Shown here piece by piece: positions 61,038-64,000 of a DNA stretch of 64,000 nt (its first letter is position 1; each line of letters begins with the position of its first letter). The stretch covers positions 1,922,001 through 1,986,000 of the forward strand of contig BCGN01000001.1 of assembly GCA_001599295.1 (NCBI GenBank), given 5' to 3'. The notes beneath the pieces are model-generated. The model had not been told where the DNA came from. It ran no database searches and worked only from the letters and a program-made list of their open reading frames with translations. Position numbers and translations under genes: made by a program. The DNA is from Sporopachydermia quercuum. Taxonomy: Eukaryota.

Positions 61038-62416
61038 GATAAATCAATTAATTGAGTACTGTATCAAATGCGCTTGAACAACTATATGTCACTAAGACGC
61101 TAATTGATCAATTTATTAGCCGATTTCAAACAAATTTATCAAATTTCGTTGACATAGCTGATATATCATCACTACCTTCATCAGTGGCTGATGAGCTCCT
61201 CGAGCTTTTTCGACTATGAAAGCATGTCATTTCTCCACATTTCTTCTGTACTTAGTGCTATGAAGAACTTGTCCTGAAACTCCCGATACNCAATCTGACA
61301 TTACCCTACTATGACTTGAAGTCTCATTTCGCAATATAAATAAAGTTGAGAAAGTTTATGCATAGTAAAAAAGAATAAACGCTTTTCCTAAACAAGTATA
61401 ACCTTAAAGTTTCGTTTTTATGAAGAAATGAGACTTCTTTATCTTATTTTTCTTAATCAATTGATAGTAAGTATTGATTGCTAAGTGATACATTTGCTGA
61501 CTGATTTAATATGAGAAATGATGAATCTCAACCGTTGAAGTAGTTGCTAGTGGTAATTTATATAAGAGCTTGTATTCATCTATTGAGGGAATTGGAGAGC
61601 CGTCCAATTGATGTTTTTCACCCTATCTTGAGATGTGCATGGGCTTTCGCATCACCGTCGTATAGTGGTAATGAAAGCAAGGTATTAACTGATATTTTAC
61701 ATGGTTGGTAAAAAAATAAAGCACACTACAGTAACCCGTTTAACTGAGTTCTCTTACATAGAAAACTCTATGCTATTTTTCAATCATGCAATAGCTTTGT
61801 AAGGGTTGTTTTAGTTCTACATACCTCGGGATGATCGGTCTACATAAGGGTGAAAATGGAATGCTGAGAGCCTAATTGCCTATAGGTATCGATGACATTG
61901 TAACAACACAATGTCATCAATACTCTCTTATATTAAACTTATTATTGAGTGTTATTATCAAAATAGTATTATTAGATGGAAACAGTGTTATTGACAGCTT
62001 TTTAGATTAAAATCCAAGCTTTCTTTAATTTCCATCTGTTTTCTCCTTAATGTTAATTTGATAAGAAAATACCCTTTTGCTTGTTCTAGGGCATATTTAA
62101 TTTCGAGGAGTTTCCTGATTTACACATCCCTGTACGGAGAAATATTTAAAAGTTTCCAATCTTCCTTCAATGTAAGAATATATAATATAAAAGATTTCCT
62201 CGAAATATACAACTCGTTCATTCATATAGAAATCCAAAGGGCTGAATTCTTAAGAAATAAGTAACTCACTACGAATACGTACTCCATATAATCCTCAGTT
62301 GAGATCTTCCAAAAGAAGTTGCAATTGATCGTCATTAACCATAAGTTTTTGGAAGCATATCTCATAGTATATACTATACTGACTTTGTTATTTGATTATC
62401 CTTCAGCTTTACAACA

Positions 62417-63511
62417 ATGTCTTCATTGCCTCGTACCATGGAAGCTGTTATCTTCAAAGCTCCAATGGAAGTTGTTACAGAGACAGTTCCTGTGCCAAAA
62501 ATTGAAAATGGTAACGAGGTCATTTTGAAAGTGAGATACGCTGCTATATGCGGAACTGATTTACATGCCTATAGAGGTCATTTACCATCTACTCCTGGTT
62601 ATATTCTAGGTCATGAATTCACTGGGCAGGTTGTTGAAGTTGGCTCTGAGGTGAAAAAGTTCAGAATTGGGGAAGAAGTAGTTGCTGCTTTTACTATCCA
62701 ATGTGGGGACTGCTGGTACTGTAAACATGGTTATACTAGTAGATGTCCAAAAGTTTGTACTTTCGGTACTCCTACGCTAGACGGTGGTCAGGCCAATTAT
62801 GTGAAAGTTCCGTATGCTGATTCTACTTTGTATCATGCCCCTGAATTAAAAGGAATCAGCGATCCATCAATACTTGTCCTGATGGCAGATATTTTCCCAA
62901 CTGGTTACTATGGTGTTAGTAATTTGGTGAAACATATCAAAAATGAAGGGCAACAAACCATTGATGAAATAACGGTTTTGCAGTTAGGATGTGGTCCTGT
63001 TGGCTTATGCGCAATTGTTGCTGCACAATATTTAGGTGTTAAGAATTACTATGTGTATGATCCTGTTAAAGAACGAAGAGACGAAGCAGCAAAATATGGA
63101 GCAAAGCTTGTTCCCGAGGAACATTTAGAAGATATTCCTGGTTTCTTCAAATCTATTACTGACGGTAAAGGAGCTGATGCAGTACTGGAGGCAGTTGGAG
63201 CTAAAGGATCGGTTGATTTAGCTTTCAAATCAATTAGACCTTATGGTTTTATTTCATCTATTGGATTTTTACATGACGAGCTGCCTTTTACTGGTTTGGA
63301 TTGTTATAACAAGAACGCTCAAATGAGATTTGGTCGTTGTCCTATTTATTCTGTTTTCAAGGAAGCTTTACCTGTTTTTCAGGAGGTAGCATCAAGATTT
63401 GATGGCTTTGTTGACTGTAAACCTTCTCTTGATGAAGGAGCAAAATATTTCAAAGATTTTGAGAAAAACAAGGTAAGGAAAGTAGTGTTTTTGCCAAATG
63501 GTGAATTTTAG
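62417..63511 (+). CDS. Zn-dependent medium-chain alcohol dehydrogenase (FDH-like subgroup)
   Basis: ICGTDLH, GHEFTG, CGDCWYCKHGYTSRC, DIFPTGY, GCGPVG. Confidence 0.9.
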   Translation: MSSLPRTMEAVIFKAPMEVVTETVPVPKIENGNEVILKVRYAAICGTDLHAYRGHLPSTPGYILGHEFTGQVVEVGSEVKKFRIGEEVVAAFTIQCGDCWYCKHGYTSRCPKVCTFGTPTLDGGQANYVKVPYADSTLYHAPELKGISDPSILVLMADIFPTGYYGVSNLVKHIKNEGQQTIDEITVLQLGCGPVGLCAIVAAQYLGVKNYYVYDPVKERRDEAAKYGAKLVPEEHLEDIPGFFKSITDGKGADAVLEAVGAKGSVDLAFKSIRPYGFISSIGFLHDELPFTGLDCYNKNAQMRFGRCPIYSVFKEALPVFQEVASRFDGFVDCKPSLDEGAKYFKDFEKNKVRKVVFLPNGEF

Positions 63512-64000
63512 AGAACTTATCATGAAAATGTATGAAATTGCTTGTTGGTAACGGTATGTGAGGTGACGATTATGAGACTTGGAAGAAGAGCTTCTGATGT
63601 TTAAAATTGGAGGAATCTTCCTCCATTTGAACCTTGAGAGTTCAAAGAATGATACATCGTAACCTATAGACATTGATTATATACTTATTTCCCTCGTTAT
63701 GAAGATTGATTACAATAAATAATGTTCTATTATTGCTTATAAATAAATTATCATTGTTACTTAGGTTCTACTTTATTTTTTTTGATATCCTTCATAAGTT
63801 TGCATTATCTCCGTAATTTACAAACATGTTTTCCGAAGTTCTCTGAATAACTGAACCTGTAAAATCTTTCCTTCGATCATTCACCAAAATTTATATCACA
63901 GAGTAGAGTAAAATATAGTAGTTGTAAGCATCAGTGACATTATACCATATTCAATATCAAAGATAAATGGTTAGAAGATATTAGAGCAAAGATTCGTTTA

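Noticed and set aside
61401..61411. Zap1 ZRE-like ACCTTAAAGTT upstream of the Zn-ADH
   Set aside because: One mismatch from consensus, single copy, and 1 kb from the ATG.
1..64000. Scattered single n bases
   Set aside because: They preserve reading frames and look like masked ambiguous or heterozygous calls, not biology.

Overview
AT-rich nuclear DNA of an intron-rich, probably early-diverging Saccharomycotina yeast. CTG encodes the conserved Leu of the RLI1 Walker-A context GKSTALK, consistent with the standard code; scattered n bases suggest masked ambiguities. I read 25 protein-coding genes with about 25 coding-region spliceosomal introns, reconstructed by eye: RPO41 (partial), SNF7, SED5, an orphan WD40-like gene, CMR1, APL2, FOL3, MED11, ASC1 (hosting U24 snoRNA), OCT1, MGR3, SRAP/HMCES, an ECH1-like isomerase, GTR1, a repeat-rich GPI wall protein, CHD1, RLI1, a VAMP7/NYV1-like SNARE, DPB4, TRM1, HAP2, CSE1, APC10, BNA6 and a Zn-dependent ADH. 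I saw no tRNA, rRNA, CRISPR array or intact transposon, and no clearly novel multi-gene system. Best leads: (1) an unrecognised 592-aa WD40-like protein with a PCNA PIP box and a WDLR motif, sharing an SCB-containing divergent promoter with CMR1; (2) a U24 snoRNA that lacks one of its two guides, with a possible decayed copy in another ASC1 intron; (3) a possible non-AUG mitochondrial extension on the peroxisomal isomerase; (4) a CCAAT cluster upstream of HAP2; (5) a perfect 15-bp RRPE-containing inverted repeat upstream of TRM1; (6) deep microsynteny with S. cerevisiae. All family assignments come from recall, not database searches.
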